This document shows, piece after piece, positions 1-8,800 of a DNA stretch of 64,000 nt; positions within the stretch are counted from its first letter, which is position 1, and every line of letters begins with the position of its first letter. The stretch comes from an uncultured Holophagales bacterium (GTDB lineage: Bacteria; Acidobacteriota; Thermoanaerobaculia; UBA2201), in contig CAZRVT010000007.1 of NCBI GenBank assembly GCA_964603505.1, positions 2,320 through 66,319 on the forward strand. The letters are read 5' to 3'. The position numbers and the translations under genes were made by a program. Below the pieces are notes generated by a model. It did not search any database. It was not told the DNA's origin and saw only the letters and a list, made by a program, of their open reading frames with translations.

Positions 1-1564
1 ACACCGTCATCTTCATGACGCTCCTGACGCCCTTGAGGGCGGCCAGCTTCTCCCCGCCGGCCTTGGCCGCGGCGGTTTTCATCAGCTCGGTCCCCTTGGC
101 CAGCGTGTCGGCCGTGGCCTCCGGAAGGGCCTCCCCCTTGGGCTTGGGGATGGCAATGTCCCAGGCCTGGACCTTGCCCAGACCGTCGAGCGGGGGCTGG
201 ATCTCGGCCCCGTTGCCCACCACGTAAATGATGAACTGCCCGGGGGCCCAGTATTGCTTGGCCACTCGGTTGACGTCGGCCACGGTCACCTTCTCGATCC
301 CGGCCTTGGTCTTGAGGATGAAGTCCTGCGGGAAGCCGTAGAAGGTGTAGACCTGCATGCGGCGGACGATCTGTCCCATGTTGTCGAAGTTGAAGACGAA
401 CTTGTTGAGGTAGCCGTCCTTGGCACGATCCAGCTCCTCCTGCGTGACGCCCCGCTCCATCAGCGCCTTGACCTCGGCCTCGATGGCCCGGACCGCCTCC
501 ACGACGGAGCCCGACTTGGTGAAAGTGAAGATGGTAGTGGTCCCATCGTGCGCGTAGCCGGCCTCGATGCCGCCGAAGATCCCGTAGGTGAGGCCCTTTT
601 CGGTGCGGATGCGCTGCATGAGCCGGCTGGAGAACCCCTCGGTGCCGAAGATCTTGTTCATCACCTCGACGGCAAAGTAGTCGGGGTTGTCCATGCGGAT
701 GCCGCGGTGCCCCAGCACGATGTAGCCCTGGTTGAGGTCGGACTTGTCGGTGAAGTAGACACCGGGGGCGCCCGCGAGGGCGAGGGCAGGGTAGGCGGGG
801 GCGGGGGCGGAGCCCTTTTCCCAGCCGGCGAAGGCGGCCTGCACGGCCTGCCGGACGGCCTCGGCCTGGACATCGCCCCAGACGGCCAGAATGGCGTTCT
901 CGGGATGGAAGAAGGCCCGGTGGAAGGCGGCCAGGTCGTCGCGCATGATGGCGTCGATGGTGGCGTATTCCTCCAGCCGGGTGTAGGGGCTGTCCTTACC
1001 CCACAGGATGCGGGAGAACTCCCGGAACACGATGGACCGGGGCTCGTCGTTGCGGCGGGAGATGCCGCTCTTGAATTGGTCCTTGGCCAGGGCGATTTTG
1101 TCCTCGCGGAAGCCGGGGTCCTGAATGACGCGCCCGAAGAGGGGGAATACCTCGCCGAAATCTTCGGAGAGGCTGTCGAAGAAGACGGTGACGAACTCGG
1201 CCCCGCCGCCGGTCTCGATGGAGGCGGCGCGGTTCTCCAGGAACTCGTCGATCTGGTCCCCGGTCATCGCGGAGGTGCCGCCGGTGCGGAGGACCTCCAT
1301 GGCCACGCCGGAGAGGCCGGCCTTGTCGGCCGGGTCGAAGACCGAGCCGGCGCGCAGCATGAGGCGGCCGGCGACGAGGGGGAGATGGTGGTCCTCGACC
1401 ACCATCACGCGGAGGCCGTTGGGCAGGGTGAACTGCACGACTTCGGGGTGCTTGAGGTCGGCCAACTTGGGGTATTTGAAGCTTTCGTACGGCTTCTTGC
1501 CGCCGGCCGGCGCGAGCGCGGCCAGGGCCAGAAGCGCCAGGACGGTCAGGACGCGTTTGGTCAT
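1..1564 (-). CDS. M16 family peptidase, non-catalytic partner subunit with C-terminal extension (runs off the window edge; not in the ORF track)
   Basis: Manual translation from ATG at 1564 gives MTKRVLTVLALLALAALAPAGG (signal peptide), then FTLPNGLRVMVVEDHHLPLV, RAGSVFDPADKAGLSGVAMEVLRTGG (no HxxEH) and SSRLMQRIRTEKGLTY. ATGA overlap with the upstream M16 gene. Confidence 0.88.
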   Translation of the reverse strand, partial: MTKRVLTVLALLALAALAPAGGKKPYESFKYPKLADLKHPEVVQFTLPNGLRVMVVEDHHLPLVAGRLMLRAGSVFDPADKAGLSGVAMEVLRTGGTSAMTGDQIDEFLENRAASIETGGGAEFVTVFFDSLSEDFGEVFPLFGRVIQDPGFREDKIALAKDQFKSGISRRNDEPRSIVFREFSRILWGKDSPYTRLEEYATIDAIMRDDLAAFHRAFFHPENAILAVWGDVQAEAVRQAVQAAFAGWEKGSAPAPAYPALALAGAPGVYFTDKSDLNQGYIVLGHRGIRMDNPDYFAVEVMNKIFGTEGFSSRLMQRIRTEKGLTYGIFGGIEAGYAHDGTTTIFTFTKSGSVVEAVRAIEAEVKALMERGVTQEELDRAKDGYLNKFVFNFDNMGQIVRRMQVYTFYGFPQDFILKTKAGIEKVTVADVNRVAKQYWAPGQFIIYVVGNGAEIQPPLDGLGKVQAWDIAIPKPKGEALPEATADTLAKGTELMKTAAAKAGGEKLAALKGVRSVMKMTV

Positions 1565-3054
1565 TGGACACCTCCTTCGGCGTGCACGATCTCCGCCACG
1601 GTGCGGTTGGACTCCGTGAACGTGGCCTTGGCCACGCGCATGATGTCGTCGGCGGTGACCTTGTCGATCCGTTCGAGCTGGGCGAAGAGCTTGGGCCAGC
1701 CGCCGGCCACCTTTTCGAAGAAGGCGAGCTGGGTGGCGATGCCCATCGGGTTCTGCATGGAGCGGAGGAGATCGGCCTTGGCGCGGGTCTTGACGCGGGC
1801 CAGCTCCTCCGCGGTCACCGGCTCGTTCTTGAGCTTCTCGATCTCGTCCAACACGGCGGCCTCGTTCTCCGCGTTGGTTTTCCCCTGCATGGGGACGGCG
1901 TAGAAGATGAAGAGGCCGGGATACTTGGCGCCCGGCAGGCCGGTGAAGGCGGCGGCGGCGAGGGCCAGCTTCTCGTCGCGCACGAGGCGCTTGTAGAGGC
2001 GGCTGGTCCGCCCGTTGCCCATGATGTCGGTGATGGCGGAGAAGACGGGGTCGTCGGGGTCGTTGAAGGCCCCCTTGTGGTACCCGAAGATCAAAAAGGG
2101 CTGGGACGGATCCTGGATCCGGACGCGGCGCTCGCCCCGCTGGGGGGGCTCCACCGTGGTGACCGGGGGGGGGACGGGGCGGTCCTGGAGCCGGCCGAAA
2201 TACTTTTCCATCAGGGGCCGGAGCGTCTTCGGGTCCACATCGCCGGCGATCGCCACGACCATGTTGCGCGGAACGTAGTGCTTGCGGAAGAAGGCCAGGG
2301 CGTCGGCGCGGGTCATGTTCTGGATGTCCGACATGTGGCCCACGACGAACGTGGAGTAGGGGTGCGCCCTGTAGGCCAATCCCAGAAACTCTTCGAAAAG
2401 GCGTCCGGTGGGCTGGCTCTCGATGCCCATGCGGCGCTCCTCCGAGATCACGTCGAGCTCGGTGTGGAACTCCCTCAGGACCGGGTCCACGAAACGCTCC
2501 GACTCCATGTAGGCCCACAGCTCAATTTTGTTGGAGGGGAAGCTGTAGAAGTACTGCGTTTCGTCGAAGGAGGTGGAGGCGTTGAGTCCCTCGCACCCCT
2601 CGCGCTCGACGATGCGGGCGAAGGCGTTCCCCTCGACCAGGGCCTTGGCCTCCTCCACGGCGGCCTTGAAGGCGGCCTCGAGCTGCTTGATCTTCTCGGG
2701 GTCGGCCAGGGGGCCCTTGGCCCGCTCGGCCTTCAGGGCGAGGAAGGCGGCCTCTTCCTTCTCGATGGCGGCCTTCTCCTTCTTGTAGTCGAGGGTCCCG
2801 ATGGTCGAGGTGCCCTTGAAGGCCATGTGCTCGAAGATGTGGGCCAGGCCGGTGATGCCCACGTGCTCGTTGACGCTCCCCACGTCCGCGTAGGTGACGG
2901 CGGAAAAGACGGGGCTTGTGTGGTCTTCATAGACGATCACCTTGAGCCCGTTGGAGAGGGTGAAATCGCTCACGTTCTTCTGAAGCTGGTCCAGGGCCCC
3001 GGCGAAGCCGGCGGCGGCCAGCCACAACAAGACGGCGAACAACCGTTTATGCAT
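1561..3054 (-). CDS. M16 family zinc peptidase, catalytic subunit (pitrilysin/insulinase-like)
   Basis: Signal peptide, FTLSNGLKV, inverted zinc motif GLAHIFEHMAFKGT, NASTSFDETQY, SRLYKRLV; AAGGAG RBS. Confidence 0.92.
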   Translation of the reverse strand: MHKRLFAVLLWLAAAGFAGALDQLQKNVSDFTLSNGLKVIVYEDHTSPVFSAVTYADVGSVNEHVGITGLAHIFEHMAFKGTSTIGTLDYKKEKAAIEKEEAAFLALKAERAKGPLADPEKIKQLEAAFKAAVEEAKALVEGNAFARIVEREGCEGLNASTSFDETQYFYSFPSNKIELWAYMESERFVDPVLREFHTELDVISEERRMGIESQPTGRLFEEFLGLAYRAHPYSTFVVGHMSDIQNMTRADALAFFRKHYVPRNMVVAIAGDVDPKTLRPLMEKYFGRLQDRPVPPPVTTVEPPQRGERRVRIQDPSQPFLIFGYHKGAFNDPDDPVFSAITDIMGNGRTSRLYKRLVRDEKLALAAAAFTGLPGAKYPGLFIFYAVPMQGKTNAENEAAVLDEIEKLKNEPVTAEELARVKTRAKADLLRSMQNPMGIATQLAFFEKVAGGWPKLFAQLERIDKVTADDIMRVAKATFTESNRTVAEIVHAEGGVQ

Positions 3055-3117
3055 GAGATCCTCCTTTAGGACTTGACGGGATTAATACGGCCGGGCCGGG
3101 AGAAGGTTGCCCTTCCC

Positions 3118-4533
3118 TCAATCACAGACCTTCACCCGGACGCGGTAGGTCAGGACGGCCTCGCCGTCCCGCTTGACCGGAACCTGGAACTCGCAGGCGA
3201 AGGCGGCGGTCTTTTCGTGGGGGTGGCTGGAGCGGACCATCGTCCACTCGCCGCCCACCGGCTCGATCACCCGCACGACCACGTCCTCGGCCTTGTGGTT
3301 GCGGATCTTGAGCTCATACTCGCTCTCGTAGAGGCAGTTGGAGAGGATGGCGAAGTCCTTCTGCTTCCGCTCGGCCGCCAGGTCGAAGGCGTTGCCCAGG
3401 CGCAGATGGAAGATCTCGTCCTTGGGGGTGTGGTCGAGCCGGTCCTCCCCCACGAACTGGGCGCTGCCGTCGGCGTCGCGCTGATAGACCCGCACGATCC
3501 CCGCCGGGAGGGGCATCCCCAGGCGGTCCGCCTTCCGGTTTTGCAGTTTAAGCCGCACGGCGACCTTGGGCTGGTCGCCGGTGAATTTCTGCCGGTAATA
3601 CCAGGACTGTCCCTCCAGAAGATACTCCCGCGGGGCGGGGACCCCTTCCCCCCGCAGCAGCTCCACCTGCTTCTGTTGGTTTTCGCCCAGGTCGGTCTTC
3701 CGGTCGAGGGTGTAGAGGTGGTATTCGAAGAAGGACTTCTCCTGGAATTGCGGCGCCGGGGCGGCCTTGACCGCCATGGTGCGCATCTCGTGTATTCTAT
3801 CCTCCTCCGGCTGGACCACCTGGATATCCCCGGCGACGAGTTTGAGGTCGGCGTTCCGGAACGCCGCGCCGGAAGTGTTGTTGAGGGTCACCCAGCCGGT
3901 CAGGTCGCCGGCCCGGCCGTCCTCCCCAAGGATGAAGACATAGTCGGCGCTCCAGGTCATCCCGCCGGTGAGGTAGGAGACCTCCACCCGGACCTTTCCC
4001 CCGTCCGACTCCCCCAGCCACACGAGGGTGGGGCGGGCGTAGAGGTTCTCCGGCACCTCGGGGTATTCCAGCCAGGCATACGAGGGGTTCGACAAGATGG
4101 CGCCGCCAGCCTGCCACACCGTGCCGTTGTTGGCGGCCAGGAGTCGGGCGGTGGTGCGGCGGGCCACCGTGGTGGCGTTGTCCTGGTGGAGTTGGACCAG
4201 CACCGCGTCGCGGCCGACGAACTTCTCCAGGAGCTTCTGCGGGGAGATCAGGTCGTATTCGTAGTTCTGCTCCAGGACCCGCAACGATGCCCCGCTCAAT
4301 CCCTTGAGGGCCACGGTCTGCGGCAGGATGGCCGACGGCACCCCCTCGAAGTCGAGCCGGAACCGCCCGGCGGGCAGGACCACCTCCCGGGTCTCGGTGA
4401 TCATGGCGCGGTTGGAGTTATAGACGGTGACGCTCACGCCGGCCCGTTGCTCGGGGGTGGAGGCCACCGTGGGGACCTCCGCGGCCGGAGCCAGGACCGG
4501 GAGACAGGCGAGCAGGATGACTGGGATCTTCAT
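3118..4533 (-). CDS. DUF4139-domain exported protein
   Basis: True start MKIPVILLACL with GGAGG RBS. Motifs VSVTVYNSNRAMITETR, VLEQNYEYDL, SYLTGGMTWSADY, EYHLYTL, LGMPLPAGIVRVY. The upstream extension of the ORF-track call overlaps wzt. Confidence 0.85.
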   Translation of the reverse strand: MKIPVILLACLPVLAPAAEVPTVASTPEQRAGVSVTVYNSNRAMITETREVVLPAGRFRLDFEGVPSAILPQTVALKGLSGASLRVLEQNYEYDLISPQKLLEKFVGRDAVLVQLHQDNATTVARRTTARLLAANNGTVWQAGGAILSNPSYAWLEYPEVPENLYARPTLVWLGESDGGKVRVEVSYLTGGMTWSADYVFILGEDGRAGDLTGWVTLNNTSGAAFRNADLKLVAGDIQVVQPEEDRIHEMRTMAVKAAPAPQFQEKSFFEYHLYTLDRKTDLGENQQKQVELLRGEGVPAPREYLLEGQSWYYRQKFTGDQPKVAVRLKLQNRKADRLGMPLPAGIVRVYQRDADGSAQFVGEDRLDHTPKDEIFHLRLGNAFDLAAERKQKDFAILSNCLYESEYELKIRNHKAEDVVVRVIEPVGGEWTMVRSSHPHEKTAAFACEFQVPVKRDGEAVLTYRVRVKVCD

Positions 4534-4577
4534 GGTCACCTCCACAAATTCTATTCTACGCCTTCGGGGGCCCCGGT

Positions 4578-5759
4578 TCAAATGTCGAGGCGCCATCGGG
4601 TGGGGGGATGGATGATGCCGAAGTATCGGTACCCCTCCGGGGGGACCACCCGAAGGCCGTTGGGCAGCTCCCGGAGGTGGTACACGTGGAGCCCCTCGGG
4701 GTCGGTGACGAAAAAGGCGGGCTTGTACTGCCCCTTGACCAGGGGGAGGGCGTCGAGCTCGAGGCGGCAGCGGTACCGCCCCTTTCCCCGCAGGGGGGGC
4801 TGATCGAAGCTGCCCGCCGTGAAGATCTCCACCTCGTCGTTGCGGAAGAGGACGAACCCCACCCGCAGGGGCCGATCCGGCTCTTGGCATTCCACCTCCA
4901 CCTCCGCGGCGAAGGGCTCGCCGAAGGCGAAGCGCTCCGTTGGGGCGCCGCCGGATCCCAGGAGGCGCACGGAGACGATCCGCGCGGGGGTCGGCTCGGC
5001 CGGCGGCCGCCCGGCGGCCGCCGGCGGGGCCTTGCGGGCGTTGAGGTAGTTCTCGTAGGCCAGGGTCACCTCGCGGGCGTCGCCGGCCATCTCCACGCGC
5101 CCCTCCTTCAGCCACAGGGCCCTCTGGCAGAGGGCGCCCACGTAGTAAAGGGCGTGGCTGCAGAGCAGGATGGTGCGGCCGTCCCCCTGGAGGGCCCGGA
5201 TGGCGTCGATGCACTTCTTCTGGAAGTAGCCGTCCCCGACGGCGAGGGCCTCGTCAATGATGAGGACGTCGGGATTTACATTCACCGCCACGGCGAAGGC
5301 CAGGCGCATGGCCATCCCCGAGGAGTAGGTCTTGAGGGGCTGGTCGATGGCGGGGCCCAGTTCGGCGAACTCGAGGATGCGGGGGAGGGCCGCCCACACC
5401 TCGGCGGGCCCCAGCCCCATAAGCGCGGCGTTGAGGGCGGCGTTGTCGCGGCCGGAGAACTCCCCGTGGAACCCCATCCCCAGCTCCAGGATGGCCGCCA
5501 CCGTCCCCCGCTTCCGCACGGTGCCGCTGGTGGCATAGGCGCAGCCGGTGACGATCTTGAGGAGGGTGGACTTGCCCGCGCCGTTGTCCCCCACGATCCC
5601 CCAACTTTCCCCCCGGGCCACCGTGAAGGAGACCCCATCGAGGGCGCGCACCTCCCGGTGGCGGGGCCGGCGGGTGATCCATTCGGCGAGGCGGGCTTTC
5701 TGGCTGGGGTAGATCCGATAGACCTTGGTGAGGCCGCGGACCTCGAAGACGGGATCCAT
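4578..5759 (-). CDS. wzt: Polysaccharide/glycan ABC exporter ATP-binding subunit with C-terminal carbohydrate-binding (Wzt_C-like) domain
   Basis: Walker A GDNGAGKST, YSSGMAMRLAFAVA, VLIIDEALAVGDGYFQKKC, C-terminal beta domain (IVSVRLL...ERFAFGE). Confidence 0.92.
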   Translation of the reverse strand: MDPVFEVRGLTKVYRIYPSQKARLAEWITRRPRHREVRALDGVSFTVARGESWGIVGDNGAGKSTLLKIVTGCAYATSGTVRKRGTVAAILELGMGFHGEFSGRDNAALNAALMGLGPAEVWAALPRILEFAELGPAIDQPLKTYSSGMAMRLAFAVAVNVNPDVLIIDEALAVGDGYFQKKCIDAIRALQGDGRTILLCSHALYYVGALCQRALWLKEGRVEMAGDAREVTLAYENYLNARKAPPAAAGRPPAEPTPARIVSVRLLGSGGAPTERFAFGEPFAAEVEVECQEPDRPLRVGFVLFRNDEVEIFTAGSFDQPPLRGKGRYRCRLELDALPLVKGQYKPAFFVTDPEGLHVYHLRELPNGLRVVPPEGYRYFGIIHPPTRWRLDI

Positions 5760-5774
5760 CGGAGCATTATAGCA
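5760..5774 (-). promoter_or_regulatory. Extended -10 element directly upstream of the wzt start (likely leaderless mRNA)
   Basis: Minus strand reads TGcTATAAT-gctccg-ATG with no Shine-Dalgarno. Confidence 0.6.
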
Positions 5775-5827
5775 AAGCCCCGCCCCCGGATCGGGGGCGG
5801 GGCCGGGTGCGGCGAAGGGACGGGGCG

Positions 5828-8800
5828 CTACGGCTGGAGGGGTTCGATGTAGATGGGATCGTTGGTGATGTTGTCCACCAAGGAGGCGTAGGCATGGACA
5901 TTGTCACCCCCGACGGTGAGGACGAGGGTGGCCCCCTCGAACGGCCCGGAAACCCCCAGGTCCGCCAGGAGCTGGCCGTTGTCGATCTGCAGCCCCATGC
6001 GGAAGTAGGCGAAGTAGTACTCGTGGGTGCCGAGCACCCCGCCGTAGGTGTTGAGCAACTGGGCGGTGACGAGGGCCGGACCGTCGGTGTCGGCGTTGAT
6101 GATGCCGATGTTGAGCCGGAAGGCATTATTGGAGCCGAGCCCGGTCATGATCAGCTTCCCCCCCCCGCCCGCTCCGCCGGCGTAGTCGGCGGCCGGGATG
6201 TACTGGCCGTAGGTGCTGGGGCCCTTGACGGGGTCCTGGTAGTAGTTGTAGGTCCGGGCCGAGACGAGGGGCTGGGAGGCCACCGCATTCACGGGAACGG
6301 CGACGAGGTAGCCGGACTCGGCGGCGGCAAGGCCGGGGAAGATCGTGAGGACGTCCTCGAGCAGCAGGGTGCCCCGGGCCGGGATGGGATTGAGGCGGAT
6401 GCCCATGGCGAAACCGTCGTAGCCGTAGCGGTAGTAGTTGAGCTGGACGGTGACGGGCTGGGCGTCCGGGTTGTAGATGCTGAGGTCGGTCTTCCAGTTG
6501 GAGCCGGCCGCGCCGGCCGCGTGGGCCACGCCGGGGACGAGGCTCTCCGCGTGGGACCGGATCTGGTCGCTGATGAAGGAGGCGTCGCCGGTCCGGTTGT
6601 CCACGATGGAGGCGTAGGCGACGAAGTCCTTGACGCTGACCGATTCGACCCGGGCCGAGAAGGCCGGAAGGGTGGAGCCGCCGCCGGCCGTCGCCAGGAT
6701 GTCGTCCACTTGGATCATGTTGTAAGGCGCCAGGGTGTAGGCAAGGGTCCCCCCGACCGGGTTGCCCGAGCCGTCATAGAGGGTGATCCGGAGCTCGTTC
6801 CAGAAGGCGGTGACGTTGACCAGTCCGACATTGGAGCGGTAGCGGTCGGTCTTGGCCAGGCCGAAGAGGATCGAGGGGATGTTCCCGGCCGTCCCCCGGG
6901 TGCGGCCGTCCACCGCGATGGCGGGGACGAACTGGCCGTAGGTGCCCAGGGCCCCCTGGTCGTTGTAGACGCGCGAGGAGACGGCGGGCGGGACGCCGCC
7001 GGTGTACTCCAGGAGGAGCGATCCCCGGGAGTACCCCATGAAGGCGGGAAGGCTGGCGTTGTTGAGGACGTCGCGGAAGATCAGGTTCCCGCCCGGACTG
7101 ATGCTGAAGGTGACCTCCGGGGGGATGTCGTTGGCCGCGTTCGACTTGATGAGCTTGAGGGTGTAGCTGGCCGAGGCCGAGGAGCCGTTGTGGATCTGGA
7201 GGTCGGTCTTCCAGTCGGTCCCCTGCGCCCCCGCGGCATGGGCGACGACGGGAATGACCAAGGCGTTCCCCGAGCCCCCGCCCACCGGGACGGTGAAGTC
7301 CCCGTTGGAGACCGTCGCCCCGGCGACGGTAATGCGGAACGGGACGGTGGCGGCGGCGTAGGCCGCGTCCAGGGTGGCCCGGAACTTGACCGTGGCCGTG
7401 GCCCCCGCGGCGGCGGTGAAGAAGGCGTTGGACGAATTGACCGTCACGCCGGAGGCGCCGGTGAACACGAGGGTGGCCAGGGCGTTGTTCAGCGCCGATT
7501 CGCCGGTGTTCTGGAGGGTGACGTAGAGGTCCACCGTCTCCCCGGGCTGCCACTGGTCGTCCCCGGTGAGGTCGTCCACCGTCGTGCCCAGGTAGCTGAG
7601 GGTGGGGGCGGAGGAGGTGCCCACCGTGACGGTGAACGAGGGGTTGGTGACGGAGGCCCCCGCCACGGCGATGGAGAAGGGGACGGTGGCGCCCGCATAG
7701 GAGCCCGAAAGGGTGACGGCGAAGACCGCCGTCCCGATCTTCCCCGCCATGGCGGAGAAGCTGCTCGTCCCGGCGATGGTGACCCCCGAGGCGGAGGTGG
7801 TCAAGGTGGCCGTGGCCCCGTTGATGGCGGTCGAGCTCTCGTTCTTGAGGGCCACCGAGAGGGCGACCGCCTCTCCGGGGTCGAGGATGTGGTCGTTGTC
7901 TCCCGCGGCGTCGTCCACCGAGTAGGACTGGTAAGTCAGCGTCACATCCCCGCCGGCGTTGTAGACCGTCAGGGGGATGGTGCCGGTGAAGGCGCTGGGG
8001 GCGCAGGAGGAGGTGATGGAGACGGGGAAATAGTAGGTGCCGGTGACGGCGTCGCCGGTGAGGTCGAACTTGTAGGTAGTAGTGTTGCGCTTGCTCTGCG
8101 CCGCCGCGATGGTCCCGAAGGACTGGGTGGGGGCCGTAAAGTTGGTGTACTGCGCCTTGTTCGCGTCCTCGCTGACCGTGGCGCTGACGGACGGGGCGTC
8201 GGCCGTGCCGGTGTTCTGGATCTCGATGGTGAACTCCACGTGCTCTCCGGGCTCCGCCTTGCCGTTGCTGTTGGTGTCGGCCGCGATCTGGAGGGAGCCG
8301 GTTTTGTAGGACAGGATGCAGGCGGAGCCGCCGCCGCCCTGGTTCGCCTTGACGGCGAACTGGACGTCGGCCTGGAACCCGTAGTCGGGGATGCCGAGCC
8401 GCAGTTTCAGCGGCGGGCAGGTGCTGTCGTCGCCCGAGCAGTAGGTGTCCTTCAGTTCCACGATGAAGGGCAGGGCGTTATACCCCTCCGCCCCGGCGGC
8501 GAGGGTGTAGGTGGCGGTGTTGGTGGTGATGAGCACGTCCGAGTCGTTGCTGATGTCCAGCAGAGTGGCCGGGATGTCGGTCGCGTTCGAGGTGCCCGTG
8601 TTTTGCAGTTTGAACCAGAAATTGATGCGGGCGGGCCCGGTGGAGGAGCCCTCGTAGATGTCGGGATGGAGGTTCGTGCCGCAGTTGACCCCCACGGCGC
8701 AGTGCTTCTCGTCCTTGTAGGCGAACTGGATGTCGGTAAGGCTGTGGACGAAGTCGTAGGCCCAGCACCCCTGGGCGGAGGCGACGGCGGCCGTGAAGGT

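Noticed and set aside
4534-5214. N-terminal 227-aa extension of the DUF4139 ORF
   Set aside because: It overlaps wzt in another frame; the signal peptide and GGAGG RBS begin at 4533.
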